33,295 bases of DNA from an uncultured Thermotogaceae bacterium (GCA_964435345.1 CAYSZC010000001.1:1-33295), one strand, 5' to 3'. Positions 1 through 9,511 are shown, counted from the first letter of the stretch. The notes: a model not told the origin generated them from the sequence alone. Program-made: numbers and translations.

Positions 1-23
1 TGGGGGTTTCGGTTGACCGGCTG

Positions 24-54
24 TTCTCCGCGTTCTTGGCGCGCTCTGCGGTGA
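24..54. repeat. Short degenerate 9-nt-period tandem repeat (ctccgcgtt/cttggcgcg/ctctgcggt)
   Basis: Three imperfect CTxxGCG units in non-coding DNA just downstream of ridA. Confidence 0.4.
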
Positions 55-128
55 GGCTGTATCCAACCGCGGGGATCCGCTCTTGTCCGCGTGGCCGAAG
101 GCTCAGCGGGCTACTGGCACACAGGCTG

Positions 129-509
129 CTAGGAGCCGAGGAAGGCCACAGCCTCGATCTCGATCCGGGCGTCCTTGGGCAGGCGAGCGACCTCGACACA
201 GGCCCGCGCCGGCGGGTCCCGGTCGAAGAACGTCGCGTACACGGCGTTCACCGCCGCGAAGTCGTTCATGTCGGCGAGGTAGATCGTGGCCTTGACGAGA
301 TCTCCCATCGTCCCGCCCGCAGCCCGGACGATGCCGGCGATGTTCTCCAGACAAAGCCGAGCCTGATCCGCGATCGATCCCGGATGGAGTTCGCCCGACG
401 GCAGCGCGGGGAGCTGGCCGGAGACGAACAAGAACGGGCCCGCCTGAACGGCGGGCGAGTACGGACCATAGACCGGGGTCCCCGGCGGGACGATGGCCCG
501 GCGGGCCAT
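129..509 (-). CDS. ridA: RidA/YjgF/UK114 family enamine/imine deaminase
   Basis: GPYSPAV, SGQ, N-x-VY-xx-FF, PAR-x-x-VEV-xx-LPK and IEIE motifs; ATG at 509 overlaps the rplQ stop (TGATG). Confidence 0.93.
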   Translation of the reverse strand: MARRAIVPPGTPVYGPYSPAVQAGPFLFVSGQLPALPSGELHPGSIADQARLCLENIAGIVRAAGGTMGDLVKATIYLADMNDFAAVNAVYATFFDRDPPARACVEVARLPKDARIEIEAVAFLGS

Positions 510-859
510 CACACCCAGGTGAGGCGGGCCATCTCCGCCCCGTCCCCACGGCGCGGCCCGAGCTTGAGGACCCGGGTGTAGCCGCCGTCGCGATCGCGGT
601 ACTTGGGACCGAGGTCGGAGAAGAGCTTGCTCGTGGCCTCCTTGCTCTGGAGCACGGAGAACGCCCGCCGCTGCGCGGCCTGGTCGCCCTTCCGGGCCCA
701 GGTCACAAGCCGCTCCACGAGCGCTTGGGTCGCGTGGGCACGAGCGGGGGTGGTGTCCACCTTGCCGTGCATGATGAGGTCCTTGGCCTGGCCAGAGAGC
801 ACCGCCCGCCGGCGGTCGCTCTTCATGCTGAGCTTGGGTACCTTACAGCGATGCCGCAT
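509..859 (-). CDS. rplQ: 50S ribosomal protein bL17
   Basis: MRHR start and RDGGYTRVLKLGPRRGDGAEMA; start placed at ATG 859 overlapping the rpoA stop, not at ORF-track 1024. Confidence 0.96.
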   Translation of the reverse strand: MRHRCKVPKLSMKSDRRRAVLSGQAKDLIMHGKVDTTPARAHATQALVERLVTWARKGDQAAQRRAFSVLQSKEATSKLFSDLGPKYRDRDGGYTRVLKLGPRRGDGAEMARLTWV

Positions 860-1788
860 CAGCCCTCCTTCTCTGAACGCAGCGAATAGCCGAGTTCGCT
901 CAGCTGCTGCTCCAACCGATCCAGGGTCTTCTCGCCGAACCCGTGAATATCGGAAACCTCCTCGCGGGTGCGGGACAGGAGGTCGTGCAGGGTGATGACC
1001 CCTTCCTCCCTGAGCAGGTTGCACGCCCGGACCTCGAAGCCCAACTCGCCCAGCGGCTGCTGCAACTCCTCCGGAACCTCCGGTGCTGCCTCTTCGGCGC
1101 TCTCGCCGCGGGTCCCCACGAAGCGCCCAAAGTGTTCACGCAGCACCTCGACCGTCTGTCCCACGGCATCGGCGGGCGTGATCGCCCCGTTCGTCCACAC
1201 GTCGAGGACCAGGCGTTCGTATCCGGATCGCCCGCCAACCCGCGTCGCCTCCACCACGAAGTTGACGCGCTCGATCGGGGAGAAGTCCGTGTCCACCGGG
1301 ATTAGGGACAGGGGCGCGTCGGCGCGCTTGTTCTCCTCGGCAGGGCGGAAGCCTCGTCCCGTCTCTATTTCCATCTCCAACTCGAACTTCCCGCCCTTGT
1401 CGAGGGTGGCAATGAGATGGTCGGGGTTCGCAATCTCAACCCCGGACGGCGTCTCGATGTCCCTGGCCCGCGCCTCGCCCGGGCCAAGGGAGTTCAGGTA
1501 CAGCCGGTGCAAGGCTTCGTCGCGGCTCCGGATCGCGAGCCCCTTCAGATTCAGAACGATGTGGAGCACGTCCTCGCGTACACCCTCGATGGTGTCGTAC
1601 TCGTGGAAATGCCCGGGGAATAGCACCCGCACCACGGCCGTCCCCGGGATCGCCGAGAGGAGGACCCTCCGCAGGGCGCTGCCCAAGGTGGTGGCATACC
1701 CACGCTCCAGCGGGGCCACGACCAATCGCCCGTAGCGATCGGTGTGCTCCGCCCATGTCGCCGATTCTGGGTAGACGAAAGAGGGCAT
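859..1788 (-). CDS. rpoA: RNA polymerase subunit alpha
   Basis: PLERGY-x-TTLG-x-ALRRVLLS, EGVREDV, FSPIERVNF-x-VE, alpha-CTD GFGEKTL; position between rpsD and rplQ. Confidence 0.98.
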   Translation of the reverse strand: MPSFVYPESATWAEHTDRYGRLVVAPLERGYATTLGSALRRVLLSAIPGTAVVRVLFPGHFHEYDTIEGVREDVLHIVLNLKGLAIRSRDEALHRLYLNSLGPGEARARDIETPSGVEIANPDHLIATLDKGGKFELEMEIETGRGFRPAEENKRADAPLSLIPVDTDFSPIERVNFVVEATRVGGRSGYERLVLDVWTNGAITPADAVGQTVEVLREHFGRFVGTRGESAEEAAPEVPEELQQPLGELGFEVRACNLLREEGVITLHDLLSRTREEVSDIHGFGEKTLDRLEQQLSELGYSLRSEKEG

Positions 1789-1789
1789 C

Positions 1790-2413
1790 TTACCTTGAGT
1801 AGAACTCCACGATCAGGTTCATCTTGATGGACTGTTCAAGCTCCTCCACGCTCGGCTCGGCGGTCACCTGAATTCGCAGGCCCTCGAGGTCCCGCGTGAG
1901 CCAGCCGGGGAGAGGCCGGCGCTCTACCGAGGCCTTGATCTGCTCCCGAAGCTTGTCGCGGGACTGAGGCTTCACCTCTACGATGTTTCCTTCGCCCAGC
2001 GCGTGCGAGGCGATGTTGGCGGGTCGCCCGTTCACGAGGAAGTGCCCATGGCCGACGATCTGTCGGGCGTGGTCCCGAGAGTGCGCAAACCCCGCCCGGT
2101 ACACAACGTTATCGAGCCGCTGCTCGAGGGATTTCAGAATCGCCTCGCCGGTGACGCCCTTCCACTTCTTCCCCGCCTCCACATAACGGCGGAACTGCGC
2201 TTCGCGAACGCCGTAGATCCGCTTGAGCTTCTGTTTCTCTCGGATGCGGATCGCGTAGGGGCTTGCCCGCCGCCGGAAACGGCTGTGCTGGCCCGGGACC
2301 TGAGGTCGTTTGGAGACCGGGCATTTCCCGGAGTAGCATCGGTCCCCACGCAGGAATAGCTTGACGCCCTCCCGCCGACACAAACGACACTTCGGACCTG
2401 CGTACCTGCCCAT
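1790..2413 (-). CDS. rpsD: 30S ribosomal protein uS4 (four-Cys form)
   Basis: MGRYAGPKCRLCRREG, LEQRLDNVVYR, IVEFYSR. Confidence 0.98.
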   Translation of the reverse strand: MGRYAGPKCRLCRREGVKLFLRGDRCYSGKCPVSKRPQVPGQHSRFRRRASPYAIRIREKQKLKRIYGVREAQFRRYVEAGKKWKGVTGEAILKSLEQRLDNVVYRAGFAHSRDHARQIVGHGHFLVNGRPANIASHALGEGNIVEVKPQSRDKLREQIKASVERRPLPGWLTRDLEGLRIQVTAEPSVEELEQSIKMNLIVEFYSR

Positions 2414-2425
2414 CCTCGCCGCCTC

Positions 2426-2773
2426 CTAGCTGTGACTCACGGGGGTCACGTTACGAACTTCCTCGACCTGGATCCCGGAGGAGCGGAGCGTTTGCACCAC
2501 CGCCTGACGGCCTGACCCGGTACCGTCCACGGTCACGAGCACAGAGCGAACCCCGTATTCCTTGAGATCGCGCACCAGGGCCTGCGTCGCGAGCTGTGCC
2601 GCGTAGGGAGTGCCCTTCCGCGATCCCGTGAACCCCGCCGTCCCCCCCGACTGCCAGCCGACTGCGTTCCCGTTGTGGTCGGTCACAGTGATGATCGTAT
2701 TGTTGAACGTGGAGTGAACGTGCACCCTCGCCCGATCCAACCGAATCGCCTTCTTCTTCCGCGCCTGGGCCAT
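2426..2773 (-). CDS. rpsK: 30S ribosomal protein uS11 (C-terminally short)
   Basis: STFNNTIITVTD, GF-x-GSRKGTPYAAQ; ends at TPVSHS. Confidence 0.97.
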   Translation of the reverse strand: MAQARKKKAIRLDRARVHVHSTFNNTIITVTDHNGNAVGWQSGGTAGFTGSRKGTPYAAQLATQALVRDLKEYGVRSVLVTVDGTGSGRQAVVQTLRSSGIQVEEVRNVTPVSHS

Positions 2774-3138
2774 TATTTCTTCTTCCCGGCCTTGGCCGGC
2801 CGGGGCCCCTTCCAGGTACGAGCGTTGGTCCTGGTCTTCTGACCTCGCACCGGAAGCCCGGCCTTATGCCGGATGCCGCGGTACGATCCGATATCAATCA
2901 GCCGCTGAACGTTCCCCCGGACCTGCCGCCGGAGATCCCCCTCCACCAACTGGGCTTCCACCTCCCGCCGCAGAGCCGTCACCTCCTGCTCGGTGAGGTC
3001 CATGACCTTCGTGTCCGGGGCAACGCGGGCGCGCCCCAGGATCTCCTGCGCCCGTGACGGCCCGATCCCGTAGATGTACGTCAGCGCCACTGCGATTTGC
3101 TTCTTCGCCGGAAGGTTGATGCCTGCAATCCTCGCCAT
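2773..3138 (-). CDS. rpsM: 30S ribosomal protein uS13
   Basis: [34 protein letters not shown]. Confidence 0.98.
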   Translation of the reverse strand: MARIAGINLPAKKQIAVALTYIYGIGPSRAQEILGRARVAPDTKVMDLTEQEVTALRREVEAQLVEGDLRRQVRGNVQRLIDIGSYRGIRHKAGLPVRGQKTRTNARTWKGPRPAKAGKKK

Positions 3139-3141
3139 ACC

Positions 3142-3255
3142 CTATCCTTGCCGTTGCTTGTGTTTCGGGTTAGGGCACACGACCCACAACCGTCCCGTGC
3201 GACGGATGACCCGGCACTTGTCGCAGATCTTCTTCACCGAACTCCGGACCTTCAT
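3142..3255 (-). CDS. rpmJ: 50S ribosomal protein bL36 (zinc ribbon)
   Basis: [14 protein letters not shown]...VVC[10 protein letters not shown], 37 aa from ATG 3255. Confidence 0.97.
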   Translation of the reverse strand: MKVRSSVKKICDKCRVIRRTGRLWVVCPNPKHKQRQG

Positions 3256-3266
3256 CCTCGCCCCCT

Positions 3267-3485
3267 CTACGTTTCCCTGTATGCGATCCGCCCGCGCGTG
3301 AGGTCGTACGGGGAGAACTCCACAATCACCCGATCCCCCACTACCACCCGGATGAAGTTCCTCCGCATCCGGCCCGAGGTCACGCATAAGGCTGCCTGAT
3401 CGTTATCCAATCGCACCCGGTACATCGAGTCGGGCAGGACCTCGACCACTTCTCCCCGAGCGCGGATCACATCCTTCTTCGACAA
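3267..3485 (-). CDS. infA: Translation initiation factor IF-1
   Basis: [22 protein letters not shown][14 protein letters not shown]; TTG start at 3485 preceded by GGAGG. Confidence 0.95.
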   Translation of the reverse strand: MSKKDVIRARGEVVEVLPDSMYRVRLDNDQAALCVTSGRMRRNFIRVVVGDRVIVEFSPYDLTRGRIAYRET

Positions 3486-4243
3486 ATCTCCTCCCCGATC
3501 CAACCCGTCAGCACCCGGGGCCCCTCATCGGTTACGACCACCATCTCCTCGTAATGGGCCGCGAGCGAACCGCTCCCTGTGACCGCGGTCCACCCATCGT
3601 CCAGAATACGAACCGGGAGGTCGTCTCCCTTCACCATTGGCTCCGGGCAGAGGACCATCCCCTCCCGCAGGACCATCCCCCCACCCGACTCCCCGAAGTT
3701 CGGGATCTGCGGATCCTCGTGGAGGTCTCGACCAATGCCGTGTCCCACGAACTCTCGGACCACGTGAAGCCCATGACGTTCCACGTACCGCCCGATAGCG
3801 TGGGACAAGTCCGAAACGTGCCCGCCGATTCTAGCGGCCCTGATCGCATCGCGCAAGGCCCCCCGCGTTACAGCGAGCAGCCGCTCCGCTTCCGGCGCGA
3901 TCCGTCCCACCCCCACCGTGACGGCGGCATCCGCATAGTACCCGCCCCGACGCAGGCCCAGATCGAGCGACACGATGTCTCCGGCCTGAAGTCGCCGGTC
4001 GGAAGGGATCCCGTGCACGACCTCTTCGTTCACGGAGACGCATAGGGTGGCGGGGTACCCGTGGTACCCCTTGAACGCGGGCGCCGCCCCGGCCGCCTGG
4101 ATCTTCCGCTCCGCCAACCGGTCGAGGTCGCAGGTCGCGACGCCGGGCCTGACCCGGAGGGCCACTTCGACGAGGATCTCGGCGAGGAGCTGAGCGTTCT
4201 CGGCGACGAGCCCGATCTCGGCCTCCGTCTTGAGGGCAATCAC
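3467..4243 (-). CDS. map: Methionine aminopeptidase type I
   Basis: SVNEEVVHGIP, GDIVSLD, GHGIG-xx-LHEDP, EPM; GTG at 4243 overlaps the adk stop (GTGA). Confidence 0.96.
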   Translation of the reverse strand: MIALKTEAEIGLVAENAQLLAEILVEVALRVRPGVATCDLDRLAERKIQAAGAAPAFKGYHGYPATLCVSVNEEVVHGIPSDRRLQAGDIVSLDLGLRRGGYYADAAVTVGVGRIAPEAERLLAVTRGALRDAIRAARIGGHVSDLSHAIGRYVERHGLHVVREFVGHGIGRDLHEDPQIPNFGESGGGMVLREGMVLCPEPMVKGDDLPVRILDDGWTAVTGSGSLAAHYEEMVVVTDEGPRVLTGWIGEEICRRRM

Positions 4244-4863
4244 TGCCGAAGTACCTTGACGATGTCGCACGCCACGACCTCCGGGGCCCGCGCCGCGTCC
4301 ACGGTGACGAGGACGCCGCGGCGGGCATAGTGCTCCACAAGGGGCGCGGAGTCCTGTTCGTACACCTCGTACCGCCGGGCCACCACCTCCGGCGCGTCGT
4401 CGGGCCGGTGGACGAGATCTCCGTCGCACCGGTCGCACCGGCCGGGCGTGCGAGGGGGCTGGGTCACGAGGTTGTACACGGCGCCGCAGGCGCCGCACAC
4501 CCGCCGGCTTCCGAGCCGCCGCACCACTGCATCCCTGCCGAGGGCGAGGTACACCGCTACGTGCACGGCGAGGAACTCCTCCAGACCTTTCGCCTGGGCC
4601 AGGGTGCGGGGAAACCCATCCAGGAGAACACCGTGGCGTCCGTCCACCCGCTCGCGAACCATCGTCAAGATGACCTCATCCGGGACGAGCTCGCCACGGG
4701 ACATGTAGCCTTGAGCGAGCCGGCCGAGATCTGTGCCCCGCGCCGCCTCGTCGCGCAGCACCTCTCCGGTGGACAGGTGCCGCAAGTTCAGCTCTTGAGC
4801 CAGGCGGGCCGCGATCGTCCCCTTTCCCGCCCCCGGCGGGCCGAGGAGGACCACGTTCTTCAC
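4240..4863 (-). CDS. adk: Adenylate kinase with Cys-type zinc LID
   Basis: GPPGAGKGT, LDGFPRT, LID CGAC...CDRC. Confidence 0.97.
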   Translation of the reverse strand: MKNVVLLGPPGAGKGTIAARLAQELNLRHLSTGEVLRDEAARGTDLGRLAQGYMSRGELVPDEVILTMVRERVDGRHGVLLDGFPRTLAQAKGLEEFLAVHVAVYLALGRDAVVRRLGSRRVCGACGAVYNLVTQPPRTPGRCDRCDGDLVHRPDDAPEVVARRYEVYEQDSAPLVEHYARRGVLVTVDAARAPEVVACDIVKVLRQ

Positions 4864-6152
4864 AGCCCCTTCCTCCCGAGGAACGCTGACCCCTTGACCA
4901 AGGACTCGTACTGGCGCATCACGAGATGGGCCTCGATCTGCATGATCGTGTCAATGCCCACCCCAACGAGGATCAGGAGCGAGGTCCCGCCGATCGCGAA
5001 CGCTTGCAAGCCGGACAGGGCCAGGAAGATGAACGGCAGGATCGCAATGCCAGCCAGGAACAGTCCGCCCACGACGAGGAGCCGGTTCGTCGCGTCCCCA
5101 AGGTACGTGGCCGTGGGCTGGCCCGGGCGTACCCCCGGCACGAACCCGCCCGCCTCGCGCAGGTTCTTGGCGATGTCGTTCGGATCGAACACGAGCGACG
5201 AGTAGAAGTAGGTGAAGAAGAAGATGAGGAGAACGTACGCGATCAGGTAGATCGTGCTCCCCGGGGCGACGTAGCGCTGAAGCCAGTTAAGCTGGGGAAT
5301 CCAGGTCGCGATCGAACTGGGGAGCGTCAGGAGCGCGGAGGCAAAGATGATCGGGATCACGCCGCCTTGGTTCACGCGGAGGGGAAGGTGCGTCGTGTGC
5401 CCCCCGTACACCCGCCGGCCCGAGGTGCGCTTGGCGTACTGGATCACGATCTTGCGCTGGCCCTGCTGGATGATCACGGTGAGGGCGACCACGCCCACGA
5501 ACAGCCCGATCAACCCCAACCCCCACAGCGGGTGCACCGCGCCCATGGAGATATCGAGGGCCGCTCGCCCGATCTCCGCGGGAAAACCGGCCACGATCCC
5601 GGCCATGATCAGCAGGGAGATCCCGTTTCCGACACCGTTCTCCGTGATCCGCTCCCCGACCCACATCAGGAAAATGGAACCGGCGGTCAGGGTGACGATC
5701 GTGTTGAGGAAGAACCCCACCGTCGGCTGGGCAAGCCCGAATTGGATCACGAGAAGGCCCATCCCGTAAGACTGGGCCAGGGCCAAGCCGACCGTGCCCC
5801 ACCGGGTGTACTGGGTCAGCTTGCGCCGTCCCTCCCGCCCTTCCTCCTGGAGCTTCTTCAACTTCGGGAACACCGGGATGAGGAGCGACATAATGATCGA
5901 GGCGTTGATGTAGGGGATCACCCCGAGCGCGAACAGGGAGAACCGCTCCAGCGCCCCGCCGGCGAACATGTTGATGAACCCGAACAGGCCCTCCCCGAAT
6001 GCGCCGGCGAGCATCTCCCCCAGCCGTGCCGTGTCCACGCCCGGCACCGGGATGTGGGTCCCGATCCGAAACACAAGGAGCATCGCCAGGGTGTAGAGGA
6101 TCCTCTTGCGGAGTTCCTCGACGGCGAAAAGCTGCCCGATCCGCCCCAGCAC
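4860..6152 (-). CDS. secY: Preprotein translocase subunit SecY
   Basis: SLFALGVIPYINASII, GERITENGVGNGISL, GVIPIIFA, PGVRPG, GGTSLLILVGV; many hydrophobic segments. Confidence 0.98.
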   Translation of the reverse strand: MLGRIGQLFAVEELRKRILYTLAMLLVFRIGTHIPVPGVDTARLGEMLAGAFGEGLFGFINMFAGGALERFSLFALGVIPYINASIIMSLLIPVFPKLKKLQEEGREGRRKLTQYTRWGTVGLALAQSYGMGLLVIQFGLAQPTVGFFLNTIVTLTAGSIFLMWVGERITENGVGNGISLLIMAGIVAGFPAEIGRAALDISMGAVHPLWGLGLIGLFVGVVALTVIIQQGQRKIVIQYAKRTSGRRVYGGHTTHLPLRVNQGGVIPIIFASALLTLPSSIATWIPQLNWLQRYVAPGSTIYLIAYVLLIFFFTYFYSSLVFDPNDIAKNLREAGGFVPGVRPGQPTATYLGDATNRLLVVGGLFLAGIAILPFIFLALSGLQAFAIGGTSLLILVGVGIDTIMQIEAHLVMRQYESLVKGSAFLGRKGL

Positions 6153-6635
6153 CTACGCCTCCTCGGGAGAGTCAGAATCCGCCGGCTCGGACTCGCTCTC
6201 GACCCGGCCCCCGGCGGCCTCGATCTTCTCCCGCGCCGTCTGGCTGAACCGCGCTTTCACCGCGAGCGCCTTCGTCAGGTTGCCACGCCCGAGGATCTTG
6301 AGCCCGGCCTTCGGGTCCTTGATCAGGCCCCGGGCCAGGAGGACGGCGAGCGAAACTTCGTCCCCGTCCTCGAAGCAGGCTTCGAGGTCTCCCACGTTCA
6401 GCACCGCATACTCGACCCGCGACACGTTATGGAAACCGCGCTTGGGGAATCTCATCCAGAATGGAGTCTGGCCCCCCTCGTACCCCGGGCGCACCGTCAC
6501 GCCGGACCGGGAGTTCTGGCCTTTGGTCCCCCTGCCGGACTCGTGGCCGCCATGGCCGGAGCTGTACCCACGCCCGACGCGCTTCCGCCCGCGCTTGCTC
6601 CCTGGGGTTGGGCGCAGGTTATCGAGTCTCAGCAT
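6153..6635 (-). CDS. rplO: 50S ribosomal protein uL15
   Basis: RVGRG-x-SSG, GRGTKGQNSRSG, EGGQTP, PKRGF, KIEAAGG. Confidence 0.97.
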   Translation of the reverse strand: MLRLDNLRPTPGSKRGRKRVGRGYSSGHGGHESGRGTKGQNSRSGVTVRPGYEGGQTPFWMRFPKRGFHNVSRVEYAVLNVGDLEACFEDGDEVSLAVLLARGLIKDPKAGLKILGRGNLTKALAVKARFSQTAREKIEAAGGRVESESEPADSDSPEEA

Positions 6636-7131
6636 CTTCGACCTCCAGGATGTCCTCGATCGGCTTCCCGCGCCGGAGGGCCACCATCTCCGGGCTCTCC
6701 ATCTGGCGGAACCCGTCCAAGGTCGCCCGCGCCAGGTTGAGCGGGTTCGTGGAGCGCAGGGCCTTGGTGAGGATGTTCCGAACGCCGGCCATCCGACACA
6801 CCGCGCCGACCGTCCGTCCCGCGATCACGCCGGTACCGGGGTAGGCCGGGCGCAACAGGACCTTGGCCGCCCCGAACTCCCCGTGCGCCTCGTGGGGAAT
6901 CGTCCCATTCTGAATGGGAACCGTGACCATCCGCTTCATCGCGTCCCGGATCCCCTGCTGTACCGCCTGGGGGATCTCCACCGACTTCCCGATCCCAATG
7001 CCGACCTGGCCCGCGCCATCACCGGTCACAACCACGACGCGGAACCGCAGGCGCTTGCCGCCCTTGGTGACCTTGCCGACGCGGCGAATGGAGATGACCT
7101 CGTTTGCAGGTTGTTCCGGGTACCTCGCCAT
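6619..7131 (-). CDS. rpsE: 30S ribosomal protein uS5
   Basis: RV-x-KVTKGGK, GTIPHE, LRPA-x-PGTGVIAG. Confidence 0.97.
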   Translation of the reverse strand: MARYPEQPANEVISIRRVGKVTKGGKRLRFRVVVVTGDGAGQVGIGIGKSVEIPQAVQQGIRDAMKRMVTVPIQNGTIPHEAHGEFGAAKVLLRPAYPGTGVIAGRTVGAVCRMAGVRNILTKALRSTNPLNLARATLDGFRQMESPEMVALRRGKPIEDILEVEDAETR

Positions 7132-7502
7132 CAGAACTCTAACCCTCCCTCGCGGGCCGCCTCAGCCAGGGCCCGAACCTTGCCGTGATACGGGTAGCCC
7201 GAACGGTCGAACACGACCCGGCGAACCCCTCCTTCGCGCGCGCGCTGGGCGACGAGCGCCCCCACGGCCCGCGCCCCCTCGACGGTGTTCTTGCCCCCCG
7301 CCTCTCGCACCTCCGAGGACAATGTGGAGGCGGAAGCCACCGTCCGCCCCTGGGAGTCGTCCACGATCTGGGCATAGACGTGGTGGAGGCTCTTGTAGAC
7401 GCAGAGCCGGGGACGGTCCAAGGTACCGTGAACCTTCCGCCGAATTCGCGCCTTCCGCTTGAACCGCTGTTCGCTGCGTGCGTGCTTGCCCATGACCGTC
7501 AC
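7131..7502 (-). CDS. rplR: 50S ribosomal protein uL18 (start may be ATG 7493)
   Basis: RPRL-x-V-xx-S, VVFDRSGY[20 protein letters not shown]. Confidence 0.96.
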   Translation of the reverse strand: MTVMGKHARSEQRFKRKARIRRKVHGTLDRPRLCVYKSLHHVYAQIVDDSQGRTVASASTLSSEVREAGGKNTVEGARAVGALVAQRAREGGVRRVVFDRSGYPYHGKVRALAEAAREGGLEF

Positions 7503-8044
7503 CCTTTCGCCCCCAGTTTACCCGCCTTGCGCGCGACCGCCTCTCCCCGGTAACGGATGCCCGTCCCCCGGTACGGTTCCGGGGGGTGGAACGCCCGAAT
7601 GTCCGCCGCGACCTGGCCCACGAGCCGGTTGTCAATCCCCCGAACCACGATCCGGTTCGGCTCGGGCACCGAAAACTCGATCCCCTCCGGGATCTCGTAC
7701 CGTACGGGGTGCGAGTAGCCGAGCTCCATGACGAGGGCTTTCCCCTCGGCCCGGGCCCGGTACCCTAGTCCTTGGATCTCCAACTCCTTCTGCCATTTCT
7801 CGACCACGCCCCGGACCATGTTCGCAATGAGGGCCCGGTACAGGCCGTGCCGCGCCCGAAACGGGGCCCGCTCGGCCTTTCGCTCGACGCGAACTTCCCC
7901 TTCCTGAACCCCGATCGTCACGTATTCGGGCTCGTAGCGGCACTCCAGGGTCCCCTGGGGGCCGCGAACGGTAACCTGTCTGGGTTGGATCGTCACCTCG
8001 ACCCCATCCGGAACCCGGATCGGCTTCCTCCCTATCTTGGACAT
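7499..8044 (-). CDS. rplF: 50S ribosomal protein uL6
   Basis: [10 protein letters not shown]-x-GYRA, LGYSHP, PEPY-x-G-x-GIRY; start placed at ATG 8044. Confidence 0.97.
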   Translation of the reverse strand: MSKIGRKPIRVPDGVEVTIQPRQVTVRGPQGTLECRYEPEYVTIGVQEGEVRVERKAERAPFRARHGLYRALIANMVRGVVEKWQKELEIQGLGYRARAEGKALVMELGYSHPVRYEIPEGIEFSVPEPNRIVVRGIDNRLVGQVAADIRAFHPPEPYRGTGIRYRGEAVARKAGKLGAKG

Positions 8045-8045
8045 C

Positions 8046-8456
8046 TCACCACACCTCGTACAGAATCTCGCCGCCGATGTTCCGCCGCCGGGCTTCACGC
8101 CCGGTCATGACCCCTTGGGATGTGGAAAGGACCACGGTCCCCAGCCCGCCGCGGGTCCGGGGGATCTCGCCGGCGCCCACGTACACCCGCCGCGCGGAGG
8201 TGCTGGCCCGGCGTAGGCCCTGGATGGCCGGCCGGCGCACGCGGGTTCCCTCCCGGCAGTACTTCAGCCGCAGCCGGAGGGTCGGGCAGGGCGCCCCGTC
8301 TTCCACGGAACAGGACTCGATGTATCCCTCTTCGGCCAGGATCCGGGCGATGTCGGCCTTCATCCGCGACGAGGGCATCTCGACCTCGTCCGCGAACCGC
8401 ATGAGCGCGTTCCGGATTCGAGCAAGCATATCGGCAATCGGGTCGCCAACCATCAT
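8046..8456 (-). CDS. rpsH: 30S ribosomal protein uS8
   Basis: DPIADML-x-RIRNA, EEGYI, STSQGVMT, GGEIL. Confidence 0.97.
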   Translation of the reverse strand: MMVGDPIADMLARIRNALMRFADEVEMPSSRMKADIARILAEEGYIESCSVEDGAPCPTLRLRLKYCREGTRVRRPAIQGLRRASTSARRVYVGAGEIPRTRGGLGTVVLSTSQGVMTGREARRRNIGGEILYEVW

Positions 8457-8467
8457 TCCACCATCCT

Positions 8468-8653
8468 TTACCAGGACGCCTTTTTCACGCCCGGGATCCG
8501 GCCGTCCAGGGCGAGTTTACGGAAGCAGAGCCGGCACAGACCAAAATCCCGGATGTACCCGCGTGAGCGTCCGCAAAGCTGGCACCGATAGTGTTTCCGC
8601 ACCGCGAACTTAGGACGCCGGTTCGACTTCTCGATCATGGCCTTCCTCGCCAT
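8468..8653 (-). CDS. rpsN: 30S ribosomal protein uS14, short zinc-binding type
   Basis: 61 aa from ATG 8653: RCQLCGR...FGLCRLCFR...IPGVKKASW. Confidence 0.97.
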   Translation of the reverse strand: MARKAMIEKSNRRPKFAVRKHYRCQLCGRSRGYIRDFGLCRLCFRKLALDGRIPGVKKASW

Positions 8654-8661
8654 TCGCCCCC

Positions 8662-9195
8662 CTAATCCTTGCGGAACGCGCAACCCAAAGCAGCCAGAAG
8701 CGTCCTGGCCTCCCGGTCCGTCCGCGCGGTCGTGACGATGGTGATGTCCATCCCCTGGGTGCGCACCACGTCGTCGTACGAAACCTCCGGGAACACCATC
8801 TGCTCGGAGAGGCCGATGGAGAAATTGCCGCGCCCGTCGAACGAGTCCGGGGAAACTCCCCGGAAGTCCCGGATCCCCGGCAAAGCCACGTTGAAGAACC
8901 TGTCGAGGAATTCGTAAGCGCGTGAGCCGCGCAGGGTCACCATGCACCCGATGGCGTCGCCCTGGCGGATCTTGAAGTCGGAGATCGCGCTCTTGGCCCG
9001 CGTCACGACGGGCCTCTGCCCTACGATCTGGCCGAGGTTCTTCACCGCCCCCTCCAGGATCTTCGGGTCGTCGTGTTTGCCCACGCCCATGTTCACCACG
9101 ACCTTCACCACCCGCGGCGCCTGCATCACGCTGGTGTACCCGAGCTCCTTCATGAGTCTCGGGACAATCTCTTCGCGATAGCGTGGATAGAGCAT
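8662..9195 (-). CDS. rplE: 50S ribosomal protein uL5
   Basis: [11 protein letters not shown]-xx-[28 protein letters not shown]. Confidence 0.97.
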   Translation of the reverse strand: MLYPRYREEIVPRLMKELGYTSVMQAPRVVKVVVNMGVGKHDDPKILEGAVKNLGQIVGQRPVVTRAKSAISDFKIRQGDAIGCMVTLRGSRAYEFLDRFFNVALPGIRDFRGVSPDSFDGRGNFSIGLSEQMVFPEVSYDDVVRTQGMDITIVTTARTDREARTLLAALGCAFRKD

Positions 9196-9199
9196 GGCC

Positions 9200-9511
9200 T
9201 CAGTTGAACGTAGCTCCGCACTGCTTGCAGCGACGGAGCTTCTGTTTGTCCACTACGGCCACGCCGAGCCGGCTGGGGGCGCCGCACTCCGGGCACACCA
9301 CCTTCACGTTGGAGACATGAACGGGGGCCTCCCTCTTGATGATCCCCGGCTCGCGCACGGCTTGGGTCGGGCGCTGGTGCTTGGTCACGATGTTGACCCC
9401 CTCGACCAGGACCCGGTCTTTCTCCGAGAACACCTGGAGGACCTTACCGATCTTCCCGCGGTCCTCACCGGAGATCAACTTGACCCGGTCCCCTTTTCGC
9501 ACCTTCCGCAT
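9200..9511 (-). CDS. rplX: 50S ribosomal protein uL24
   Basis: KGDRV-xx-ISG-x-D-x-GK-x-GKV (KOW), VEGVN, EAPVHVSNV, CxxC pairs. Confidence 0.97.
   Translation of the reverse strand: MRKVRKGDRVKLISGEDRGKIGKVLQVFSEKDRVLVEGVNIVTKHQRPTQAVREPGIIKREAPVHVSNVKVVCPECGAPSRLGVAVVDKQKLRRCKQCGATFN

Noticed and set aside
4926-6740. 604-aa ORF antisense to secY/rplO
   Set aside because: Same antisense artefact; composition mirrors the hydrophobic codons of secY
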